A stretch of DNA of 64,000 bases from Macrostomum lignano (lineage: Eukaryota): positions 373,350 to 437,349 of the forward strand of contig NIVC01000608.1 of assembly GCA_002269645.1 (NCBI GenBank). The letters run 5' to 3'. Below, piece by piece: positions 12,491 through 23,291 of the stretch (positions within the stretch are counted from its first letter, which is position 1; the number at the start of each line of letters is the position of its first letter). The notes beneath the pieces were generated by a model. That model worked only from the letters and a program-made list of their open reading frames with translations. It was not told the DNA's origin and made no database searches. The translations under genes and the position numbers were made by a program.

Positions 12491-12794
12491 TAAGCTTGGT
12501 AATTTTTTCTCAACTTTGCTTAGCATTATAAGTACTATTAGCATTTGCATTATGGCATCTATTCCCTTGTGATCTTTGTTTGCAACTTTTTCTTAGACCT
12601 CTTTGACCTTTTCTATGCTTTATCCTTTTCCATAGTCCTATGTATAATAGGAAAGCAAAAACTTACTAGAGTCATTGTCCTTTGGGGCCTTAGCTATAGT
12701 CATAGCATCTAGTATCTTTTGTAGAAAGCTATTGTAGGAGGCCATCTAGAAGATGATTGCAAATGTCACCCTTAACAAACACAAGCATGTAGAT

Positions 12795-13475
12795 CAGGGG
12801 TTGGCAACCTTTTTCCACCTGAGGGCTAGATAAGGTTTTCCGTTCAAGACCACAGGCCACAGGTCACCCCCATTATTCTGCCCTCCCCCCCCCCTGGGTC
12901 TTTACTCTCCAGAATTTGCCCCCCCCCTTGAGTCTACCCTCCAGAATCTACCCCTTGGGTCTACCCTCCAAAATCTGCCCCCTCAACAAATTTCTAATTG
13001 TGCCACTGATAGGCTAAATATATGATACTGAAGAAACAGAATTAAAACACAAGTTTATCATATTTTGATGCATTCTTAGAAAGTCTGATTCTGCTCAATC
13101 TGCTGCACAGTCAGCCCTATCAATGTACTACATTTGTACCCCCATGTTAGCACACCACTACCTCACTTTCCTTTTCCACCAGTTCCCCTATTTCTATTTT
13201 ATTTGTAAGTTTGAACTGATGTGCTGTCTGTCTAGACCTTGTAAACAGTCACTCACACTCAGTTTGTCTCATTACTAATTTGTCATTTATAAAATTGACA
13301 ATTGAGGAAAGAAATTCCCCATTTTCAGTGCACAAAACTTTAATGGGCCAAACAATGAAGTTATTACAAAGGTGCGGGCCAGATTATAATAATGAAGATA
13401 AAGGAAGTTTGTGGGCCACATAGAAAGTCTTTGCAGGCCAGATGTGGCCTGCGGGCTTGAGGTTGCCAACCGTCC
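12795..13475. mobile_element. hAT/Charlie-like non-autonomous element (degenerate)
   Basis: Left end CAGGGGTTGGCAACC; right end gcaggccagatgtggcctgcgggcttgaGGTTGCCAACC, resembling hAT-Charlie MITE termini; 11-bp inverted match; matching TSD not recovered. Confidence 0.55.
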
Positions 13476-14015
13476 AATAATTAAATTAATGAAAAATATT
13501 AATTTTTTTCGATGCAATGCTTAGCCATTGAACATTTGAAAAATATATGTTTTATATTATCATCTTATTGTCTATGAAAATCCTCAATTGCATTTTTACT
13601 AATAATCTAATTTGTTCCAATCTGAACTATTTTTAAGTCTAGATATAAATCTAAATTGTCTAAATAATAATTCATCATTTTAAACTGTTTTAAGATAAAC
13701 TTTTATCAATACTGTAGATTAGACATTAGCTACATTAACAATAAAAAGAATCCAACTTAATTAGTTTTAAAAATAAAAGTTCAATGCATATATAGGTATA
13801 TGTATGTGTTCAGACAGATTCCAAAAAAGTAAAAAAAAAATAAACTGGGCATCCTTTATATGGCAGATACCAGGTAATAAAATATGCACAGCATTAGAGT
13901 AACTATTGGAATCACTCAGCCATTTCTACTATTAATAATTTCCACAAGTTACTGAAAACAATCGATACAATCTGCTGCAAGAATTCGTTGTATCCAAACA
14001 AAAACTTTCAGGGCC

Positions 14016-15552
14016 ATGGGCTACATCAAGATCACCAAGACCACCGCTTATTTCAAGCGGTATCAGGTCAAGTTTAAGAGGCGTCGCCAGGGTAAAACCG
14101 ACTATTACGCCAGGAAGAGGCTGATCTGGCAGGATAAGAACAAGTACAACACGCCCAAGTACCGAATGGTTGTCCGATTCACTAACAAGGACATCATCTG
14201 CCAGATTGTCTATGCTAGAATCGAAGGTGATCACGTGATCTGCTCGGCCTACGCGCACGAGCTGCCCCGCTACGGCGTGAAGGTCGGCCTGAAGAACTAC
14301 GCCTCGGCCTACGCCACCGGCCTGCTGCTGGCCAGGCGAATGATTAAGAAGCTCAAGCTGGACTCGATCTACGTTGGCAAAGAGAAAGCCGACGGCGAAG
14401 AGTTCATCGTTGAAAGCCCGGATGGTCAGCCTGGCGCGTTCCGCTGCTACTTGGACGTCGGCCTGGTGCGCACCACCACCGGGGCGCGCGTGTTCGGCGC
14501 GCTCAAGGGCGCCGTCGACGGTGGATTGGACATCCCGCACTCGAATAAGCGCTTCCCCGGCTATAGCGCCGCGACCAAGCAGTACAGGTGAGCAGTTTTG
14601 AGTAGATTCTATTGCATACTAGTAATTTTTCCTTTTTACCATCCACAGACCACAGTAAAGGCTGGTTCGCCGGTCAAACTTTTTCACACTGTGACTTGTG
14701 TGCAAATTAATTTGGCCGCTCGCGGAATCGAACTCAGGTCCTTCACCGGGATACCCCGGCCCCCGGTAGCCAGCCACATACAAAAAATCCTCATGTGCGC
14801 ACTTTCATACACTTCGTTTTACCTCAACGCAGAAAAGCACCAACACTTACTCCACCTGCATGTAATTGGAGCTGTTTGTACATGTGATAGGGTCTTACAA
14901 AAGCGTAATATCCTTGCATTGACTAATATAAAGGCTATATATAGGCTAGGCCAAAGCTGGGCGCATTCTTGTAGCCTATACTCGTAGAGCCGTTTACCGC
15001 CATCGAATGAAGCATCAAATCCAACGACATGATGTACAACTCATCTTTGATGTGCGACTCATCTTTGATGTGCGACTCATCTTTGATGTGCGACTCATCT
15101 TTGATGTGCGACTCATCTTTGATGTGGTGAAAACTTGGCCCCAATCTATTACTATTAGCAACAAACAATACATAAAACTAAATTTGCTCCACAGCGCCGA
15201 GGAGCACCGCAAGAAGATCCTCGGCCTGCACGTGGCCGAGTACATGCGCTCGTTGAAGTCCGACGACGAGGAGGCCTATCAGCGCCAGTTCTCCGACTAT
15301 CTGAAGAAGGGCGTCGACGAGAACAGCATCGAACAGATGTACACCAAGGCTCACGCCGCTATCCGCGCCAAGCCGGAGCCGGAGGCGCCAAAAAAGAAGG
15401 CGCCAGCAGCCGATGGCGCCAAGCCGAAGCGCTACGGCCGGAAGAAGATGTCCCGGGAGCAGAAGCGCAACCGGGTGCAGCAAAAGAAGGCCACCTTCTT
15501 GGCCAAACTGCAGGGCAACCTGGCTGGCGGCGATGCGGCTGAGGACGATTGA
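14016..15552 (+). CDS. RPL5: 60S ribosomal protein L5 (uL18)
   Basis: Exons 14016-14587 and 15195-15552, phase-2 GT-AG intron. [53 protein letters not shown] and KAHAAIR are diagnostic. Confidence 0.99.
14714..14778 (-). mobile_element. tRNA-like SINE head in RPL5 intron (antisense)
   Basis: Minus strand gtggctggctaccgg..cctgaGTTCGATTCCgcgagcggcc: B-box-like element, weak A box, no clean cloverleaf. Confidence 0.4.
15039..15126. repeat. 18-bp tandem repeat, 5 copies, in RPL5 intron
   Basis: Unit actcatctttgatgtgcg. Confidence 0.95.
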
Positions 15553-15662
15553 AGTGCAGCTATAGACTTACTGGCGAACCTAACTGGTCTATTGTCCGCA
15601 TGGCCTGAGGCAATCGTGTTGAACTATAAAACCAGATTGCGAAGCTGATGATAACTCGCTTT

Positions 15663-15668
15663 AATAAA
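15663..15668 (+). terminator. PolyA signal of RPL5
   Basis: AATAAA about 110 nt after the stop codon. Confidence 0.6.
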
Positions 15669-16366
15669 TCGTTGGTCTGGATGAAAAAAAACTACCTGGG
15701 AATTGAAGGATCCTTGACTTCACTGACTTCGTTTTTTCAGGCCAGTCGTCTCTATGACGATTGCTAACAGAAGTTTTCTACATCCGTATGGGGTCGCCAT
15801 CGTAAACCCAAAATATAATAAACCCCAAATATTAAAAACTCGAAAGATAATAACTCCTGAAAAACACAATAGCGTTAGGTGTCACTAGTTATGATAATTC
15901 AGGTTTTTGATATTTCAGGTTTGTGATATTTTGGATATCTGACATTTCGGGTTTTTGATATTAGATATTATCTATTATTATCTATTATTGATATTATCTT
16001 ATTTCGGGTTTATGATATTTCAGGTTTGTAATATTTTGGGTATCTGATAATTCGGGTTTGATTTGTGATTTTTTTCAGGTCGACCCGAAAGCCACTGATC
16101 AATGTTGGATAAAGTCGGGTGTGTTGCTAATTCTCTAGCTGTAATAATTGTGCTCCCGTTGCAAACATCCTGCTAGCAAACATTGGGGCACCACAAAACC
16201 GACCGAGTATTTGAAAGTCAGCATGCCAGGGCGCACGGACGTCAGCAGCAGTATACGACTCGGTACGTGTTTACTACAATTCCGAATCGAATTCACTACA
16301 TGTAGTTGATCAGGTCAATCATATTACATAGAAAAAACGTCTTTTTGTATACCGGTACAAATACAA

Positions 16367-16500
16367 AAGGAGGTTGTAGTCCAGACTCGCGACTAAAAGG
16401 TCGGGGGTTCGATTCTCGAACCAGTCGAAACAATTTGGGTCCAGTGAGCAAAACACTCAACTCTGCATTGGTGATCCCCCAATCATTGGACTGAACAGCC
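16367..16500 (+). mobile_element. 5'-degenerate tRNA-derived SINE
   Basis: gactcgcgactaaaaggtcgggGGTTCGATTCTCg (B box), followed by gtgagcaaaacactcaactctgcattg, similar to the central box of many metazoan tRNA-SINEs. Confidence 0.5.
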
Positions 16501-17084
16501 GTACGCAGCCTTCAGATGCGTTGCGTTGAGCTGTCGGTTGCACATCAATTATTAATTATGTATCTTAAAAATACAAAACGATTTTAAAATACCCATTCTT
16601 TGTCAATTTAATTTTTTGCCTTCACTAGTTAATTTTGAGAAGACTGCATTGAGTCTGGTAATGGCAACCGTGTGGCACATTTATTAGATGTGTTGTGTTG
16701 CAAAACAATAGTTTATTGCATTTACCACAGTAAAGAGAGATTAAGCAGACCATCACAGTCTCAAGCCTTGCAGCTATCACCACTCTATAAAATCAATGTT
16801 AATATACCTACTACTAAAATAATTCATGCATAACAAACGATCGGTGAGTAATAAAAGCAGCAACAACAGAGGGCAAATAACAGAAAAGCAACTCAGAATG
16901 TAGAATTATTATGTGGATGGCGTGATGTTTAGGATTTTTGTTTTACTACTGCAAGTAATATTTTTGGTCGAGTCATGTAAAAACAGTAAGACGGCAACAT
17001 CTGCTATAAAATAAGCAGGTGTGGATCGAACGAGCAGGTAATCTCTGTAGACTATAAGAAGCTATGGCCCTTCGAGGGACCAGG

Positions 17085-17945
17085 GAATCAGAGGATCAGG
17101 AAGGGCGCGGCGCCGTTAAAGAGGATCAGGAAGTGGGTGGCGCGGAACCGTTCAAGAGGATCAGGAAGGGGGCGGCGCCATCAAAGAGGATCAGGAAGGG
17201 CGAGGCGCCATCAAAGAGGATCAGGAAGGGGAAGGCGCCATCAAAGAGGATCAGGAAGGGGGCGGCACCATCAAAGAGGATCAGGAAGGGGGCGGCGCCA
17301 TCAAAGAGGATCAGGAAGGGCGAGGCGCCATCAAAGAGGATCAGGAAGGGGAAGGCGCCATCAAAGAGGATCAGGAAGGGGAAGGCGCCATCAAAGAGGA
17401 TCAGGAAGGGCGAGGCTCCATCAAAGAGGATCAGGAAGGGGGCGGCGCCATCAAAGAGGATCAGGAAGGGGAAGGCGCCATCAAAGAGGATCAGGAAGGG
17501 GAAGGCGCCATCAAAGAGGATCAGGAAGGGCGAGGCTCCATCAAAGAGGATCAGGAAGTGGGTGGCGCGGAACCGTTCAAGAGGATCAGGAAGGGGGCGG
17601 CGCCATCAAAGAGGATCAGGAAGGGCGAGGCGCCATCAAAGAGGATCAGGAAGGGGAAGGCGCCATCAAAGAGGATCAGGAAGGGGAAGGCGCCATCAAA
17701 GAGGATCAGGAAGGGCGAGGCTCCATCAAAGAGGATCAGGAAGGGGGCGGCGCCATCAAAGAGGATCAGGAAGGGGGCGGCGCCATCAAAGAGGATCAGG
17801 AAGGGGGCGGCACCATCAAAGAGGATCAGGAAGGGGGCGGCACCATCAAAGAGGATCAGGAAGGGGGCGGCGCCATCAAAGAGGATCAGGAAGGGGGCGG
17901 CGCCATCAAAGAGGATCGGGAAGAGAGCGGCGCCATCAAAGAGGA
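17085..17945. repeat. 30-bp minisatellite, about 28 copies, with 425-bp higher-order duplication
   Basis: Unit tcaggaaggg(ggc/cga/gaa)ggcgccatcaaagagga; a 35-bp variant unit recurs at 17131 and 17556. Confidence 0.97.
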
Positions 17946-18061
17946 TGAGTGGAACGTGGGGGGTGGGGGGCTCTCGTCACATCTGGATCCGGCACTGTAT
18001 ACAAGTGATATACAACAGACTAAAATTGCAGAGATTTTCAGTAGTCAAAAATCGGACAAAA

Positions 18062-21000
18062 TCAGTTTGTGGTGGCTGGCCCGCTGCTATTGTTGGCATG
18101 GTTATAAAACACGTCGAATACGGCGCCAAGCGCCCAGCTTAGTTCCACATTGCGAATCTTTTTACGCATCACAAACTTCGAACTGGGCGCAAAGCCGTAG
18201 CCTTCGGTTAATAGAGCGGCCTGGTAGCACAGGTCCAGGCAGTGGAACGGCTGCTTGCTGTCGCTGTTGCGTCGATTGCAAGCGGCCTTTGCAGCGTTGG
18301 CGATGTCGGCCAGGGTCACCTCGCCGCCCTCCTTGGCGCCGATCAAGCCCGCATCGGCTGCCCGATCGTAGAAATAGCTGAAGGCGTAGAAACGGCCGGT
18401 GGCCAGCCCGGTCAGTTGATGGACGCCAGCCGAGCGAACAACGCCAATGGCGAGACGGCGACAGGCGGCGTAGGGATCGGGAGAGGCGCTGCCTGCGGTT
18501 TTTGAAGGAGAAAAAGGATTGGACAACATGATCATCCTTCAGTTCCCGCACCTCAATGATCCTTCAGTTCACGCACCCTCATGATCCTTCAGTTTTCGCA
18601 CCTCAATGATCCTTCAGTTCCCGCGCCCCAATGACAATGATCCTCCTTCAGTTCCCGCACCCCAATGATCCTTCAGTTCCCGCACCCCAATGATCCTTCA
18701 GTTCCCGCACCCCAATGATCCTTCAGTTCCCGCACCCCAATGATGCTTCATTTCCCGCACCCCAATGATGCATCAGTTCCCGCACCCCAATGATCCTTCA
18801 GTTCCCGCACCCCAATGATGCATCAGTTCCCGCACCCCAATGATCCTTCAGTTCCCGCACCCAATGATCCCTTAGTTCCCGCACCCCAATGATCCCTTAG
18901 TTCCCGCACCCCAATGATCCCTTAGTTCCCGCACCCCAATGATGCATCAGTTCCCGCACCCCAATGATCCTTCAGTTCCCGCACCCCAATGATGCATCAG
19001 TTCCCGCACCCCAATGATCCTTCAGTTCCCGCACCCCAATGATCCTTCAGTTCCCGCACCCTAATGATCCTTCAGTTCCCGCACCCCAATGATCCTTCAG
19101 TTCCCGCACCCCAATGATCCTTCAGTTCCCGCACCCTAATGATCCTTCAGTTCCCGCACCCCAATGTTGCATCAGTTCCCGCACCCCAATGATGCATCAG
19201 TTCCCGCACCCCAATGATCCTTCAGTTCCCGCACCCCAATGATCCTTCAGTTCCCGCACCCCAATGATCCTTCAGTTCCCGCACCCCAATGATCCTTCAG
19301 TTCCCGCACCCCAATGATCCCTTAGTTCCCGCACCCCAATGATCCCTTAGTTCCCGCACCCCAATGATCCTTCAGTTCCCGCACCCCAATGATCCCTTAG
19401 TTCCCGCACCCAATGATCCCTTAGTTCCCGCACCCCAATGATCCCTTAGTTCCCGCACCCCAATGATCCTTCAGTTCCCGCACCCCAATGATCCTTCAGT
19501 TCCCGCACCCCAATGATCCTTCAGTTCCCGCACCCCAATGATCCCTTAGTTCCCGCACCCCAATGATCCTTCAGTTCCCGCACCCCAATGATCCTTCAGT
19601 TCCCGCACCCCAATGATCCTTCAGTTCCCGCACCCCAATGATCCTTCAGTTCTCGCACCCCAATGATCATTCAACCGTAATTAGCTTCATCAATCAGCAA
19701 GTCCTTTCCCAAGCGGGCCACCTCACCAGTAACATTATAGAGAATGCCTCCGTGCTCCCACTGGCCAGTGTAGTTGCTAGGCAGACACGCCGTCACAAAC
19801 TGTTTAGAGCCCCCGGCTCCGCTAGAGGGCAATTTTCCCTGGCTGCTCAGCTGCAGAATGGCCAGACGGGCGGACATGAGGCCCAGGCCCAGGTAGCTGT
19901 GAGAGTACAGTCTGGCATCCGCACCTCCAAGACTCAGCCGCTTCACAAACCCGGCCGGCACCGCGGAAGCGACGTTAGCCGAGGGCAGAGCAAATGTCAC
20001 CTGGTTTGGAATTGATTGATTTATCATTCATTAAAATGAGAACATCACGCTAAATCACACGTGTAAAAGGCGGCTACACTCTCAGATCGTGAAAATTTCG
20101 CAGACTACCCTGAGCAGGCGCACAAGCGCGCGGATACGTACGCAGTCATACGCACAGGCACACACTCGCACAGGAGTGTACAGCGGCCCTTATATAACTT
20201 TAGGCATGTACACTTCACCAAAACTACCACTAAACCTTTTTACTTTCTATTTTGAAAAATCTGCACTCAATATTGACATCTTTGCATTCAATTTTGACAG
20301 TCTGTGGTATCCTGGACCTGGGATCAGCGAACACCCGCCGGGGCGATTGACCAGGGCGAACTCTCACCGGATTAGTCAGGACGCGTAGGCCCGGCTAGGG
20401 TTGGGATCTGAGCTATAATTGTCACTATTGGATGCAATCTGTCAAAAATGGAGGCACATATGCAAGTTTTGTTCCATAGACGGCGAGACAAAGGCACTGT
20501 TTTGTAACCCAGTGTCAAAATTGCTTGCAAATTGTTAAAAAAGGTTGGAGTTTGTCAATTTCAGTTGAAATTCGTCACTATTGCATTCGGGTTTGTCAAA
20601 ACAGGTTGAACCAAAGAGTATTGAGGTCGCCTAGTATAGAGTGCCAATAAGGATGAAAATCTGAGGCCGATTTTCAGAATCCACCCACCCCTCCGGTCAC
20701 CAAGCTTTTTAGTCTATGGCACAAGTTGTGGCTAGAATGGTGTACAAAGCCGATGCTCAGAAATATAAGACATTTCACACTTAGAAAATGCATGTATCAA
20801 ATAAGCAAGACAACATCGCTCAGTCACCACAATCAGCTGCCGTCGTCGATACACAACTTGTGCCATAGACTAAACAGCTTGGTGACCGGAGGGGGTGGGT
20901 GGATTCTGAAAATCGGCCTCAGATTTTCATCCTTATTGGCACTCTATACTAGGCGACCTCAATACTCTTTGGGTTGAACATTTCAACAAGCGATGCCACA

Positions 21001-22615
21001 GACTGTCAAAATTGAATACAAAGATGTCAATATTGAGTGCAGATTTTTCAAAATTAGAAAGTAAAAAGGTGTAGGCTACGCCCCCCCCCTATTTTCGAGA
21101 TAGAAAGTGCAATTGAACAATTATGGGTTTCCTCTTTTGATCGATTTTGATTTTGTGTGAGTGCACACAGACACGATAAAAAGTACATTTAGTCCCTACA
21201 AACCTGTGTACTGCCGCCACCCAAGTCCAATGCACCGTAGGAATCCTCAGGCTTCGCCAATTGGCCGTTGAGAAAGTTCAGCGTCACCCAACTGAAAATG
21301 CCTTCGTCAAGGCCGTCCATGATGGCGACCGAGTCTCTGTCCATCGCGAATGGCGACTTGGCTAGCAGCTGGCGAACCTGTGTTGGAGTAGAGGCGGGCA
21401 GACGGATAGAGGAGGCTGCAGGGATGGTGGGGGGCCTCAGACTGAAGAATCGGGGGCTGGTGGGGGGGGAGGCCTCAGACTGAAGAATCGGGGGCTGGTG
21501 GGGGGGGAGGCCTCAGACTGAAGGATCGGGGGCTGGTGGGGGGGGAGGCCTCAGACTGAAGGATCGGGGCTGGTGGGGGGGGGGGGAGGCCTCAGACTGA
21601 AGAATCGGGGGCTGGTGGGGGGGGAGGCCTCAGACTGAAGGATCGGGGGCTGGTGGGGGGGGGAGGCCTCAGACTGAAGGATCGGGGGCTGGTGGGGGGG
21701 GAGGCCTCAGACTGAAGAATCGGGGGCTGGTGGGGGGGGGGGAGGCCTCAGACTGAAGAATCGGGGGCTGGTGGGGGGGGAGGCCTCAGACTGAAGAATC
21801 GGGGGCTGGTGGGGGGGGCCCAGACTGAAGGATCAGGGGCTGGTGGGGGGGGCTCAGGCTTAAGAAGGCCTCAGACTGAAGGATCGGGGGCTGGTGGGGG
21901 GGAGGCCTCAGACTGAAGGATCGGGGGCTGGTGGGGGGGGAGGCCTCAGACTGAAGAATCGGGGGCTGGTGGGGGGGGGAGGCCTCAGACTGAAGAATCG
22001 GGGGCTGGTGGGGGGGGAGGCCTCAGACTGAAGAATCGGGGGCTGGTGGGGGGGCCCAGACTGAAGGATCAGGGGCTGGTGGGGGGGGGGGGCTCAGGCT
22101 TAAGAAGGCTTCAGACTGAAGAATTGGTAGGGGTCAAAGAACCTGACCTCAGACAGAATGCGGGCGGAAGTCTCAGGCTTGAGCAGTCTCAATCCAGCTG
22201 TAGCCTTCAGCGCCAGCGGAGTGCTAGTCCAGTAGTGTGCCGGTATGCGCCTCTTGCAGGCGTCAATTAAATCGGCCAGGCTGGCTGCGGCCCGGCGCGG
22301 ATCGCGGGCGAAGGCGGACAGGCCTGGCCGGACCTGCTGGAACAGCTCGTTGATCAGCACGTAGGGCTGCTTGCGGCCGCGTTGGTAGCGAAATTCGAAC
22401 ACGTGCACCCGCGACCCAGTGCTGCCAGCGTCCAAGATGATGCCGTAGCGCGGCTCGCCCGGATACTGTTCATTAAGCGGATGCGTTAGGCCGCCATTTG
22501 TTAAGTTATATAGGCATAGCAACAGCATGACAACCGTTGCCAAGGCGCCGGCGTAGCATAGTAAACGCCTACTGCGTATTGATTGAAGCCTAGGCGTTAG
22601 ACTAAAAGTGTACAT
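18062..22615 (-). CDS. ENTPD6: Ectonucleoside diphosphatase, ENTPD5/6-like (GDA1/CD39 family), type II membrane
   Basis: Exons 22615-22148 (frame open to 22696), 21377-21204, 20000-19727, 18492-18062; phases 0, 0, 1 consistent; about 448 aa. Apyrase regions DAGSTGSR, PGLS, KATAGLR, MDGLDEGIFSW, DLGGGSTQ, SWALGA; single N-terminal hydrophobic helix. ENTPD5 versus ENTPD6 is not resolvable by eye. Confidence 0.93.
18528..19668. repeat. 25-bp minisatellite, about 45 copies, filling ENTPD intron 3
   Basis: Unit atgatccttcagttcccgcacccca; intron spans 18493-19726. Confidence 0.97.
20231..21073. mobile_element. Foldback/MITE-like element with nested inverted repeats, ENTPD intron 2
   Basis: Outer arms of about 75 bp (about 20233-20308 vs 20993-21071) flanked by TA; inner arms of about 120 bp (20609-20730 vs 20852-20972); both pairs near-perfect. 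Confidence 0.85.
21425..22125. repeat. 38-41 bp G-rich minisatellite, about 18 copies, ENTPD intron 1
   Basis: Unit ggcctcagactgaagaatcgggggctggtggggggg(g)a with variable G-run length. Confidence 0.96.
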
Positions 22616-23291
22616 AGCCTGTCGCATTGTGCCGAAGGAAAACAATGTCAATTCGCTGCTGTCTGTCGACTCATGATCGGTACGGTTGCCAGGCATGAAT
22701 AATGGGGATCTTCCTTATATAACGCTACGAGTTTGTCCCTTATAGGTCAGGGCTCCCCCTATTACATTTATTTGCCCGCCGTGCAAGCTTTCTGTGCCAA
22801 CACTATACTTTCTACTTATCAGTAGACTAACTCAGAAACTAATTAGCTTGAACGGTAGTTATCAGTTGCTGTTTAACTAATATATTATGCTAATTAGCTA
22901 AAGGGAGCAGTTGCTTTTTATCTCATATATTTATTAGGAAGCAGTTGTTTAATCAATAAAAGCTAGGGAAGAATTGTATGATTTTCCGAAATCGCAGTCT
23001 TTAGTTAACAAACAACATTTTATTGCACATTACATGTTTTACAAGCAAAACTGCATTACTGAATAGCTTTCAATCTTGTTTAATACAACATGAATTGCCG
23101 AAATGCATGCGGAAAACTAGCAGTTTTTGGAACTGTGACAACTAACTAATTAATTAAGCAAGCAATCAATGAAGATGGTTTGTACGACGGTTAAAAACTA
23201 TGCATTTTTTTAATTTGCCTACTAGCAGTAGCAATAGCAGAAAAAATCGCGTAAAATGTTTGAGATTTTTTAAACAGCTCTTTTTAATCAG

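Noticed and set aside
14588-15194. Intronic snoRNA in RPL5 (vertebrate RPL5 hosts snoRNAs)
   Set aside because: No convincing C (RUGAUGA) and D (CUGA) pair or H/ACA hairpins by eye; needs an Infernal scan.
17064-18381. 294, 414 and 194 aa ORFs
   Set aside because: 30-bp array translations plus antisense overlap with the ENTPD last exon.
22616-22696. Upstream ENTPD start MPGNRT
   Set aside because: The extension overlaps a branch/polypyrimidine/CAG signal; M22615 gives a typical short type II tail. Not excluded.
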